A stretch of DNA of 64,000 bases from an uncultured delta proteobacterium (GTDB lineage: Bacteria > Desulfobacterota > Binatia > Binatales > Binataceae): contig CAWCMA010000011.1 of assembly GCA_963796565.1 (NCBI GenBank), positions 198,039 through 262,038 of the forward strand. The letters are read 5' to 3'. Below, one piece after another: positions 42,881 to 51,024 of this stretch. The notes below the pieces were generated by a model. The model was not told where the DNA came from. It made no database searches and was given only the letters and a program-made list of their open reading frames with translations. Position numbers and translations under genes: made by a program. Each line of letters opens with the position of its first letter. The first letter of the stretch is position 1.

Positions 42881-44203
42881 TCAACCGGCTGCTGACCAGG
42901 ACAGGAACGAAGGGACCGTGCGCGTGCGGGAGAGCACCGCGACCGCTCGCAGGCCGTCGGTAAAGTAACTATCGCCCGTGAGGTTGCGGCGCGGGGCCGC
43001 GGCGGGGGCAGCCTCCACGCCGCGGACGTAACCGAGGCGTGCGACACGACCGGCGGCCCGCAAACCGTCCAGCACATAGTCCCGCGCCTCATCGACGTCG
43101 GGATCGATCAGATGAGTTGTCAGGTTCCAGGTTCTCAGCGTAAAGCGCACGCCGATATCGCGGCTAACCTGGCCGATCCACACCGGCTGGCCGTCAAAGA
43201 GCATGCTGGTCGCCCACAACCGCATATGGAGGCGCTGGTTGAGACTCATGCGGGCTCGTTGCAGCGCGACATCCTGCTGACGTCTATCGAGATATAGCGG
43301 ACTTACCGGAGAGTAGCGGTATTGCGACTCCAGCAGGAAAGCCCTGGCGGTCTTCCAGGCGGTGCCGAGCGTGAGCGACTCGGTCTCGTCCCACGCGCCC
43401 AGGCACTCCTGGATGCTGGTGCGGTCGCCCACGATGACCAGATTGAGCGGGTCACCCTCGACGGTCCCCCGCGCGTTGCTGGTGCAGCGCGGCTGCTCTT
43501 CGAGCCAAGTCTGGAGCGCCGCCTCGTCGAGAGTTTCGGTCTTGCCGGCAGTCTGCGCCTGCTCTAGCGGACGCGGCAGCACCAGCCCCGGCACCTCGAC
43601 CGTGAACGGGAAGTCCAGGGAGCGGCTGCGGCCCAGCAACCGCACGTCAACCCGCTTCACCGCCTCATCCAAAGGGGTGAACAGGAAACCGCTGACCTTC
43701 TTTCCGGGCGGAATCACCCCGGTGAGGAAGCCTATCGCGCGAAAAAGTTTGTTCAGGTGCTGGTTGGCGGCGCGCGCGCCCAGAAGCTTGAGCGGTACGA
43801 GTGGGAGGAGCGGAAGGAACAGCCATCCGAGCAACCCGAAGGCCACCAGCCGCTTGCCCATCGCAAAGTGCACCAGGTGAGCGGCCTCCAGCGGAGTGTA
43901 GTAGTCCGGATCGAGTTGGACCCGGTCCAGCCATAACGGTTCCCCGCCGCCGTTCGCTACCTCCAACCATACCGCCTGCAGCCCGTGGCGCGCCATCCGG
44001 ACCCCAAATATCCGTTCGCTTTCCCGGTCGCTCGGCACCGCAACTGTGGTTTCGACCTCACCCTCGTGGCGGGTTTGTGCCCGCTCCAGGAACGAGCGCT
44101 CGTCGGGACGCGGCGAGTAATCTATGGTCAGCCACTTGAGCGGCCTGAAACTGCCACGGGTTACGCGCTCGCCAGCAAGCGAATTTTGATCTCGACGAAC
44201 CAG
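42881..44203 (-). CDS. LssY C-terminal domain protein; start uncertain (first canonical start 44038, frame open to 44209)
   Basis: GDPLNLVIVG, YRYSPVSPLY, RLHMRLW, WIGQVSRDIG, THLIDPDVDEARD; upstream frame reads FLERAQTR.EGEVETTVAVPS. Confidence 0.7.
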   Translation of the reverse strand: MVRRDQNSLAGERVTRGSFRPLKWLTIDYSPRPDERSFLERAQTRHEGEVETTVAVPSDRESERIFGVRMARHGLQAVWLEVANGGGEPLWLDRVQLDPDYYTPLEAAHLVHFAMGKRLVAFGLLGWLFLPLLPLVPLKLLGARAANQHLNKLFRAIGFLTGVIPPGKKVSGFLFTPLDEAVKRVDVRLLGRSRSLDFPFTVEVPGLVLPRPLEQAQTAGKTETLDEAALQTWLEEQPRCTSNARGTVEGDPLNLVIVGDRTSIQECLGAWDETESLTLGTAWKTARAFLLESQYRYSPVSPLYLDRRQQDVALQRARMSLNQRLHMRLWATSMLFDGQPVWIGQVSRDIGVRFTLRTWNLTTHLIDPDVDEARDYVLDGLRAAGRVARLGYVRGVEAAPAAAPRRNLTGDSYFTDGLRAVAVLSRTRTVPSFLSWSAAG

Positions 44204-44308
44204 GATCTCTCAACTCCACCTGTCGAGCACCCCCAACACGGGGGCCGGTCTCCATTGCACGTCAACCCGTATGTAGCGACCCGGAGACGTTTTCGCCAGG
44301 GACAATTC

Positions 44309-44348
44309 GTTCGACCTGCCGGCTTCGCACCAAGCCGGCAGGCCGAAC
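44309..44348. terminator. 17-bp hairpin (one mismatch) just downstream of the beta-helix gene
   Basis: GTTCGACCTGCCGGCTT-cgcacc-AAGCCGGCAGGCCGAAC; no clear U tract. Confidence 0.5.
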
Positions 44349-44363
44349 TTCAGATCAGTTGAG

Positions 44364-46562
44364 CTACTCGAACGCGCCTATATCATTGCCAGCGTTTTGC
44401 GGCCGCGATTGGCCCGTGTAGTCGTGCGTGACCAGGGGTTCAGCGGTGCCAGCTCCGATCAGAGGCGAGCCGGCGCCAAGCGTGAAGTTGAGCCCCGAGG
44501 CGTTGACGAAATCCGGGTTTTCATTAAGGGACGGCGCGTTACTACCGTAGGTCCCGGGCTTAGACCCATCGGCCATCCACATGTCATTGCTTTCGGCCGT
44601 GTAAGTTGCCGAACCGCTATCGGCGGATAGGTAATTGTCGCCGCCGTTACCAACGTTGTAAAAGATGTTGTTGGCAATATCCGCATCAGTGTTCTCGATC
44701 AGGTCGACGCCCTCCTGGGTCACCGTATCGATGGTGTTGTTGTAAAATCTCACGTCGATGGGACCACCGCTGGTGCCGCCATCGACCAACAACCCTTGGA
44801 AGAGATTGATAAACACATTGTTCATGAACAGCAGGCCGCTGGTGGCGCCGGAACTCTGCTCGATCATGGCGATGTGATTGGTTCCGCCTCCGCTGTTGCC
44901 CGGCCCCGGGAGCTGGCACCAGTTGGAGTCGAACGTCATGTTACTGGCCGGTCCCCAACTCTGGAAGCAATCGGTATGCGGGTTGGTGTTGTAGGTTGTG
45001 CCGGGCAGGGGGATGTTCTCGATGGTGTTGTTCACAAACTGCCCATTGGTGCCGAAGAAGCGGAACCCGTCGGCGTCGGCCCCGTTACGCCTCGCGCATC
45101 CCGACGGCAACTGGTAGGTCCCATCGACCACGTTTCCCTTGACCAGGTAGCCGTCGCCGTCGAGTTGCGCGCCGGCCATCTCAGTGTGCAGGAACGTATT
45201 GTTAAGCAAGGTGGTGTTGGCGGAGGACGGTTCGACGTAAACTCCTTCTGCGCAAAGATTTTGAATCTGGTTGTTTTCTATTAAATTTCCGATGCCATCA
45301 ACATGAATGCCAATATCGCCCGGATCGCCATTGGCTTTGAAGTCGATCGTGAAACCGCTGATTACGATCCAGTTTGCAGCGACATCGAAACCCTTCATGG
45401 TCACTGCGCCGGTCGCCGACGGATCGATCTCGAAAGTGATCGGAGTCGACTGCTTGCCTGAAGTCGAGACCGACACGCGCTCGGCATAGGTGCCCGGTTC
45501 GACCAAGGTCGTATCACCCGGACGCATCGTCGCGGCGGCATGGCCTATCGTCAGCCAGGCCGAAGCAATTGATTGCCCGCTGCTCGAGTCGCTCCCGGTC
45601 GGCGCTACATAGTAGGTGTTGCCCGCAGTCGGGGTCGGTGTTGCCTTCGGGCTCGGCGTCGGCGTAGGAGCCGGTGCCGGGGTCGAGGTTGGTTTGGGCG
45701 TGGCTATCGGGGTCGAAGTTGGTGGAGGCGTTGCGATCGGCGTCGGAGCCGGTGACGATGTAGGTTTTGGCGTCGGTGGCGGAGTTGGAGAAGGAGCTGG
45801 AGTCGGGGTGGGTGTCGCGCCAGATGTTCCGGAGCTGGATAACAGAGCGATCAGCGCTCCGACGTTACTTGCACTGCGAGACGCGGTGCCGACCTCGTTG
45901 CCGGTCGCACCTCCCGTCGTGGCCGCGTCGCCCATCCCGATGCCGATGCCATAGCCGGTAGCCCTGAAGGACCAGCGCATCGCCATACTCGACGGCGGAT
46001 TGATCGGGGCGCCAGAGGCAAGACCAAAGAAACCCAGAAGTAGATATGTACTGCCGTTAGCCGGGATCGAAATCGACGGCGCGACCACGCTCGTCGAGCT
46101 TGGATTGGCTTCGCCGCCTTGAGCGGCGACCGGTGATGAGGTATTGACGCCGGCATAGTCCGCGATTCCGGCCGCGGCGTCATTGCCACCAGTGAAGGAC
46201 CAGGTGTAGTTGGACGGTTCGCTCGCGGGTGCATTCGAGACACGAGTATAGATCGCCTGCGCGATTGCGCCACCGTAGTTGTCGCGCCTTACCATGGTCC
46301 AGCCTGAGGGCGCGTGGATAGGCAGGTTCGTACCACCGCGGATAGCGATCTGTGCGACCAGTAGATCGCCGGCCGCAACAGTCGATGGCCGCGTCAGAGT
46401 AAGGTAATTGCCGCCACCGTTGGCGGTGCTCGTAGTGACGACCGTTCGAAGCGTTATTCCGGTCTGACCTGTGGACGATTGTGCAGGACTGCTCAACCCC
46501 ACGAGTAGGAGAATGAATCCGGCAAGAAGATAACCTCCCGCCACACCACGCCGATGGCCCAT
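44364..46562 (-). CDS. Secreted modular protein: signal peptide, beta-rich N domain, Pro/Thr linker, right-handed beta-helix with a choice-of-anchor-Q-like end
   Basis: Hydrophobic leader ending SPAQS; YYVAPTGSD...GDT..V.PGTY; repeated NN-turn strands; SPLIGAG...D..G..RP....DIGAFE. Confidence 0.8.
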   Translation of the reverse strand: MGHRRGVAGGYLLAGFILLLVGLSSPAQSSTGQTGITLRTVVTTSTANGGGNYLTLTRPSTVAAGDLLVAQIAIRGGTNLPIHAPSGWTMVRRDNYGGAIAQAIYTRVSNAPASEPSNYTWSFTGGNDAAAGIADYAGVNTSSPVAAQGGEANPSSTSVVAPSISIPANGSTYLLLGFFGLASGAPINPPSSMAMRWSFRATGYGIGIGMGDAATTGGATGNEVGTASRSASNVGALIALLSSSGTSGATPTPTPAPSPTPPPTPKPTSSPAPTPIATPPPTSTPIATPKPTSTPAPAPTPTPSPKATPTPTAGNTYYVAPTGSDSSSGQSIASAWLTIGHAAATMRPGDTTLVEPGTYAERVSVSTSGKQSTPITFEIDPSATGAVTMKGFDVAANWIVISGFTIDFKANGDPGDIGIHVDGIGNLIENNQIQNLCAEGVYVEPSSANTTLLNNTFLHTEMAGAQLDGDGYLVKGNVVDGTYQLPSGCARRNGADADGFRFFGTNGQFVNNTIENIPLPGTTYNTNPHTDCFQSWGPASNMTFDSNWCQLPGPGNSGGGTNHIAMIEQSSGATSGLLFMNNVFINLFQGLLVDGGTSGGPIDVRFYNNTIDTVTQEGVDLIENTDADIANNIFYNVGNGGDNYLSADSGSATYTAESNDMWMADGSKPGTYGSNAPSLNENPDFVNASGLNFTLGAGSPLIGAGTAEPLVTHDYTGQSRPQNAGNDIGAFE
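45627..45815 (-). repeat. Pro/Thr-rich low-complexity linker
   Basis: TPTPTPAPSPTPPPTPKPTSSPAPTPIATPPPTSTPIATPKPTSTPAPAPTPTPSPKATPTPT. Confidence 0.85.
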
Positions 46563-47019
46563 GTTGTTCCCCCTTGATTGTCGAATCGCCCCGCAACTTG
46601 TTCCGGCGAGAGTGAAGTCAGTTTCATTTGCACGCGCGGGCGGAGAAGCGTTCGCCTTGACGCCGATGGCAAATTTGCTGTTCGGCTTTTCCGGCGATGC
46701 CTGTTCAGCGCAGCCATCATTTCGCCATCGAAAGTTGCAGAATTATTCGCCCAGACCACTAACGGAATATTGCTGGCAGGGGAAGCTCTGAATTAAAAAA
46801 AACCAAGCCTTTTCACGTATTTAGGGCATATCCCGGTTATAATGACTTCTACCTTCTTCAATCCTTTTTTGAACGGCCGAAGCGTGACGCGTCAATGAAC
46901 TATCGCCAAATTTGAGCGTTAACCCGCGATGACTGGCAGGGCAGTAAGAGAGAACGAGCTCGCAGTTCAGTCCGCGAGTTTCGGCGGAGCGTGCTTACGA
47001 TCAACGATGAATCGCGAGA

Positions 47020-48459
47020 TCAGCGAGAATGAAACGCGCCGATATCGATGTGACCGAGCTGCTCTGGCGGACTACCAGGACTGTCGGCGCCGAGCCTTAC
47101 GCCCGCGCCGATTAGCGGCGATGAAGACTGCAGACGAAAATCGAGTGCCGACGGGTCGACGAATTTCGGATCGACCGTTAAATGACCGGCGCTGCTGCCG
47201 TAACTGCCGGGAGCGGCCCCGTCGCTCATGTACATGTCGTTCTTGCTGGCGACGAAATCAGCCGAAGCGGCGTCAACCGCCAGAAAACCATCCTTATGAC
47301 TGCCCACGTCGTAAAAGATGTTGTTGTCAATTTGTGCGCGCGGCGTGTTACGCAAAACCACCGCCTCCTGCTGCATGTTGACGACGGTATTGTTTATAAA
47401 TCGAAGGCCGGTGATCCCACCTGGAGCGCTACTGTAAACGATCAATCCCTGCCCCAGGTTGGAGAAGAAGTTGTTTATGAACAGTAGGTTCACCACCCGT
47501 CCGGACTTGTCTTCAATCATACCGATATGGTTGCTGGCCCCGCCTGAAGCTACGCTGGGAGCCGGCATCCGGCACCAGTTCGAATCGAAGGTCATATCGG
47601 CGGCAGGTCCCCAGCTCTGGAAACAATCCGTATGCGGATTGAGATTGTACTGGGTTCCGGGCACCGCAATGTCGTGAATGCGATTGCCGCGGAAAATGTG
47701 GCCGCGGCCGAAAAACCGAAAGCCGTCGGCGTCAGCGCGGTAACGCCGCGCACATCCGGGCGGATATTGGCGGGTGTCGGCAACGTCATTGTACTCGACC
47801 AGATTGCGCTCGCCGCCAATTTGCGCGCCGCTCATCTCGGCGCGGACTATGGTATTTCGGCTGATGATGTTACCGGACGCGGCGCTCGATGAGCCGCTGC
47901 CGTCGGTGGCAAAAATTCCCTCAAAGCAGAGGTCGTGAATACTGTTGCCACTCACGACATCGTGCGAACCGGTGAGGTAGACGCCAACTCCCCGCTCTTG
48001 CGTGGCGTTATGATTGGTTATTTCGAAGCCTGCGATCTCGACGTAGTTCCCTCGAATTTCAAAGCCCTGGACCACTACCTTTGCTCCCCTCGCCGCGATC
48101 AATTTGATTGGGTGTCCAGCCTCGCCGGAAACGTTGATAACGACCCGCTCATCGTAGGTGCCCGCTGCTACCAGCACCGTGTCGCCAGGCTTGGTTAGTT
48201 CGGCGGCGCGCTGTATCGTCCGCAAGGGAAGCTTCTGCGACAACCCAGGGTTAGAATCCGCACCAGATAACGCTACATAGAATGTTTTACCATCAGAGAC
48301 GAGGGCATTCCGGGCGACCACGGTCGTTTGATCCTGGCCCTCGGTGATGCGCTCCGTAGCAGTATAAAGACCGTTTCGCTGACGCAATTGCCTTGTTTTG
48401 GGGACGGCAGCCAGGCCGATGAGGGCGCATCCGACAGCGATCACAAAGCTCGGTTTCAT
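47020..48459 (-). CDS. Right-handed beta-helix protein with an N-terminal hydrophobic segment; paralog of the C-domain of 44364..46562
   Basis: FYVALSGADSNPG...GDTVLVAAGTY; shared ADADGFRFFG and NPHTDCFQSWGPA..MTFDSNWC; start at 48459 or 48474. Confidence 0.82.
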   Translation of the reverse strand: MKPSFVIAVGCALIGLAAVPKTRQLRQRNGLYTATERITEGQDQTTVVARNALVSDGKTFYVALSGADSNPGLSQKLPLRTIQRAAELTKPGDTVLVAAGTYDERVVINVSGEAGHPIKLIAARGAKVVVQGFEIRGNYVEIAGFEITNHNATQERGVGVYLTGSHDVVSGNSIHDLCFEGIFATDGSGSSSAASGNIISRNTIVRAEMSGAQIGGERNLVEYNDVADTRQYPPGCARRYRADADGFRFFGRGHIFRGNRIHDIAVPGTQYNLNPHTDCFQSWGPAADMTFDSNWCRMPAPSVASGGASNHIGMIEDKSGRVVNLLFINNFFSNLGQGLIVYSSAPGGITGLRFINNTVVNMQQEAVVLRNTPRAQIDNNIFYDVGSHKDGFLAVDAASADFVASKNDMYMSDGAAPGSYGSSAGHLTVDPKFVDPSALDFRLQSSSPLIGAGVRLGADSPGSPPEQLGHIDIGAFHSR

Positions 48460-48487
48460 AAAACTCACCACCAAATTCTGATTTCTC

Positions 48488-48502
48488 GCGACGCGATGCC
48501 AG
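48488..48502 (-). promoter_or_regulatory. Possible sigma54 -24/-12 element
   Basis: CTGGCATCGCGTCGC (GG-N10-GC) just upstream of the second beta-helix gene. Confidence 0.25.
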
Positions 48503-48661
48503 ATTCTCCAACAGGCATCATGCTTTGACCTCTTCTAAAATGAGGCTCGATCCGAACTAGTCGGCAATTTTCGTCATTTATTCGCTCATGACAGATCACA
48601 GATCAATGACTTGATGTTTAAATCATTGCCTTTCGCGCGCTATCTTTAATTTACCGCTCGT

Positions 48662-48690
48662 TTGACAACTTCAGACTCTTGACCCATTCT
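48662..48690 (+). promoter_or_regulatory. Probable sigma70-type promoter of the EPS export operon
   Basis: TTGACA-17 nt-CATTCT in an AT-rich divergent intergenic region. Confidence 0.5.
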
Positions 48691-48730
48691 AATCTAGCTG
48701 ATACTTACTTACCAATAGGTAATTCAGGTT

Positions 48731-49489
48731 ATGTTCTGCTATTTTAGGATTTGGTCATCATTGTTAATCGTTTTGTTGCTGTTAACCGTCATCATCGGTG
48801 GATGCTCCTCTGCCGGAGTCAGCTCAGACACGCGTCAGGCGGCGCCTGCAATCGGCACTCAGATTTCGCCCGAGACCTGTGCGGCAATGGCCAGCGCGGA
48901 TACTGGGACGCAAGACGAAGCCAGCTACCAAATTCAGCCGGGTGACGTGCTCGGTATTCGCTTCTATATGAGCCCGGAGCTTGACGATGAGCCTACAGTC
49001 CGTCCCGACGGCAAAATAACCGTACGTGAGGTAGGCGACGTGGTTGCGGCAGGACGGACGCCGGTGCAACTCGCGGCCGCTCTGGACCAAGCGTATTCGA
49101 CCGAGCTCAGGGCACCAGAGGCCACTGTACACGTCAAGGCCACGCCGAGTCGCCAGGTCTATGTGGACGGGCAGGTCTCGCATCCAGGAAGCTTCGCACT
49201 CGAGCCGCGGATGTCGGCGATACAGGCGGTTGCCCAGGCGGGTGGAGTGACCGAGGATGCGGCGCCCACGGCGGCGTTGCTCATACGGCGCGATCAATGC
49301 GGGCGGCCGAGCGGGATTGGATTCGATCTGGCGCGAGCAGAGAAACAGCCGGAAAGCGATCAGGACGTGCGGCTTTTGCCAGGCGATATCATCTACGTCC
49401 CGCGCAGCAAGATCAGCGAGATGGGTCTCTTCGTTAAGCACTACGTGAAGGACCTGTTGCCGGTGCAGCCGTATCTCCCGATTTTTTAG
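48731..49489 (+). CDS. Polysaccharide export lipoprotein (OPX/Wza family, short form)
   Basis: Lipobox IIGGC; PES motif YQIQPGDVLGI...VRPDGKITV..VGDV.AAG.T; one SLBB domain; C-terminal amphipathic helix ending LLP. Confidence 0.88.
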   Translation: MFCYFRIWSSLLIVLLLLTVIIGGCSSAGVSSDTRQAAPAIGTQISPETCAAMASADTGTQDEASYQIQPGDVLGIRFYMSPELDDEPTVRPDGKITVREVGDVVAAGRTPVQLAAALDQAYSTELRAPEATVHVKATPSRQVYVDGQVSHPGSFALEPRMSAIQAVAQAGGVTEDAAPTAALLIRRDQCGRPSGIGFDLARAEKQPESDQDVRLLPGDIIYVPRSKISEMGLFVKHYVKDLLPVQPYLPIF

Positions 49490-49506
49490 CGCAATGGAGT
49501 CTTCGT

Positions 49507-51021
49507 TTGCCTAACAATTTTGCAGCCTGGATCGAATTGCTGTTCAGACGATGGCATCAGTTCATCTACTGGACCGCCGTGGTGTTCGCGTCGGTGGTCG
49601 TAGTCACGATGCTGTGGCCGCCCTCCTATGTATCGAGCGCCAAGATTCTGGTGCAGGACGATCGCGCCCCGCTGCCCGCATCGCCGGCGATCGAAGCCGC
49701 GCCGCAAACCCTGCAGGGTTCCGTCGACTCCGCACCCGCGGAGCAGGACATGAACTCCGAGATGGAGCTGCTCACCAGCGCGTATCTCATCCAGCAGACC
49801 GTCGCAGGTCTCACGCCGGCCAAGAAGAGTCTTGCTGAACGCCTGATGGCGTCCATTTCGACATGGATGAATCTGCCCAACACTCTATACACCCTGCTAC
49901 ATACCGGGCCTGTGCCTGATGCGCAGCATCTTTGGATCGAAAAACTCGGCCGCCATCTCGACTGCACCTTGATCAAACGCTCGAACATAATCGAGGTAAC
50001 GTTTGCCAGCCGCAACGCGCAGTGGTCGCACGACTTTCTTGCGCACCTGCTGGACCATTACCTGCAACTTCGCGGAGAGATTTCCCACGACCCCCAGGCC
50101 GAGCGCTTCTTCATGCATCAGGCGGAATTGCTGCGGACGAAGCTGGTGCAATCGCAGAACAGGCTGCGCGCGCTGGAGGTTCAGACCGGGGTCACCGATT
50201 TCGACGAACAGCAAAAAGCGGTTGTCGATCAGCTCGCGTCCTTCCAGGCGAAATACCGCAAAAATCAATCAGACCTGGCGGGGACCGTCGAGCAGGTAGA
50301 CTATCTAAGCAAGGAAATTCAGAAATATCCGGAACGGATCGATACCGAGGCGAAAACGGTCCAGAACATCGCCTTGCAAACGTTGAAACCACAAGTACTA
50401 AAGCTCGAAACCGAGAAGGCCGAGTTGCTAAGCCGCTATCTGCCGGATAGCAAGCGAATCCAGTCGATCGATGCCGAATTGCAAGCGGCGCAGACCCTGC
50501 TGCGACACGAAAACACTCGTGACGTGCAGGAAGTCAGCACCAGCATAAACCCCATCTGGCAAACGCTATCCAGTACGCTGGCCCAGGCCAAGGTCACTGC
50601 CGCCGCGCTGACGGCGAGCCAGACCGAACTGGCCCAACAGATCGCGATCTATCAGCAGCAGTTGAAGGACGTCGGCGACAACGGGGTCGAGATCGAACAG
50701 TTACGCCAACAGGTCGACACCGACAAGGAAATATACTTGTCCTACCTGCGTAAAGGAGAAGAGGCGCGTGCGGCCGCTGCACTCAATTTGAATAAGATCC
50801 TCGACGTGAATGTCGCCGAACCGCCGACGCTGCCAGTCGAACCAAGCTTTCCCAAAATGTCTATCAATCTGGTTGCCGGACTTCTGCTCGCCTGGGCTAT
50901 AGCCTTCGCGATCATATATCAGGCCGAGATGCGCGATCCGCGGATTTACTCGCCGGAAATGGTAAGCGAGGTCAGCGGTGTGCCGACCATAGCGGTCGTC
51001 TCGATCGCCATCAGAGAATAG
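49507..51021 (+). CDS. Polysaccharide co-polymerase / chain-length determinant (GumC/Wzc N-part)
   Basis: Two TM segments, PPSYVSSAKILV, long coiled coil, VAEPPTLPVEPSFP before TM2, RDPRIYSPE..S...GVPTIAVV. Confidence 0.88.
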   Translation: MPNNFAAWIELLFRRWHQFIYWTAVVFASVVVVTMLWPPSYVSSAKILVQDDRAPLPASPAIEAAPQTLQGSVDSAPAEQDMNSEMELLTSAYLIQQTVAGLTPAKKSLAERLMASISTWMNLPNTLYTLLHTGPVPDAQHLWIEKLGRHLDCTLIKRSNIIEVTFASRNAQWSHDFLAHLLDHYLQLRGEISHDPQAERFFMHQAELLRTKLVQSQNRLRALEVQTGVTDFDEQQKAVVDQLASFQAKYRKNQSDLAGTVEQVDYLSKEIQKYPERIDTEAKTVQNIALQTLKPQVLKLETEKAELLSRYLPDSKRIQSIDAELQAAQTLLRHENTRDVQEVSTSINPIWQTLSSTLAQAKVTAAALTASQTELAQQIAIYQQQLKDVGDNGVEIEQLRQQVDTDKEIYLSYLRKGEEARAAAALNLNKILDVNVAEPPTLPVEPSFPKMSINLVAGLLLAWAIAFAIIYQAEMRDPRIYSPEMVSEVSGVPTIAVVSIAIRE

Positions 51022-51024
51022 TCA

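Noticed and set aside
44058-44255. 65-aa minus-strand ORF upstream of the LssY gene
   Set aside because: Overlaps the more plausible in-frame extension of the LssY protein; no motif
48731-49489. Short OPX as a helix-less type needing a separate beta-barrel partner
   Set aside because: The C-terminus (ISEMGLFVKHYVKDLLP) looks like the Wza-type amphipathic outer-membrane helix, so it probably forms its own pore
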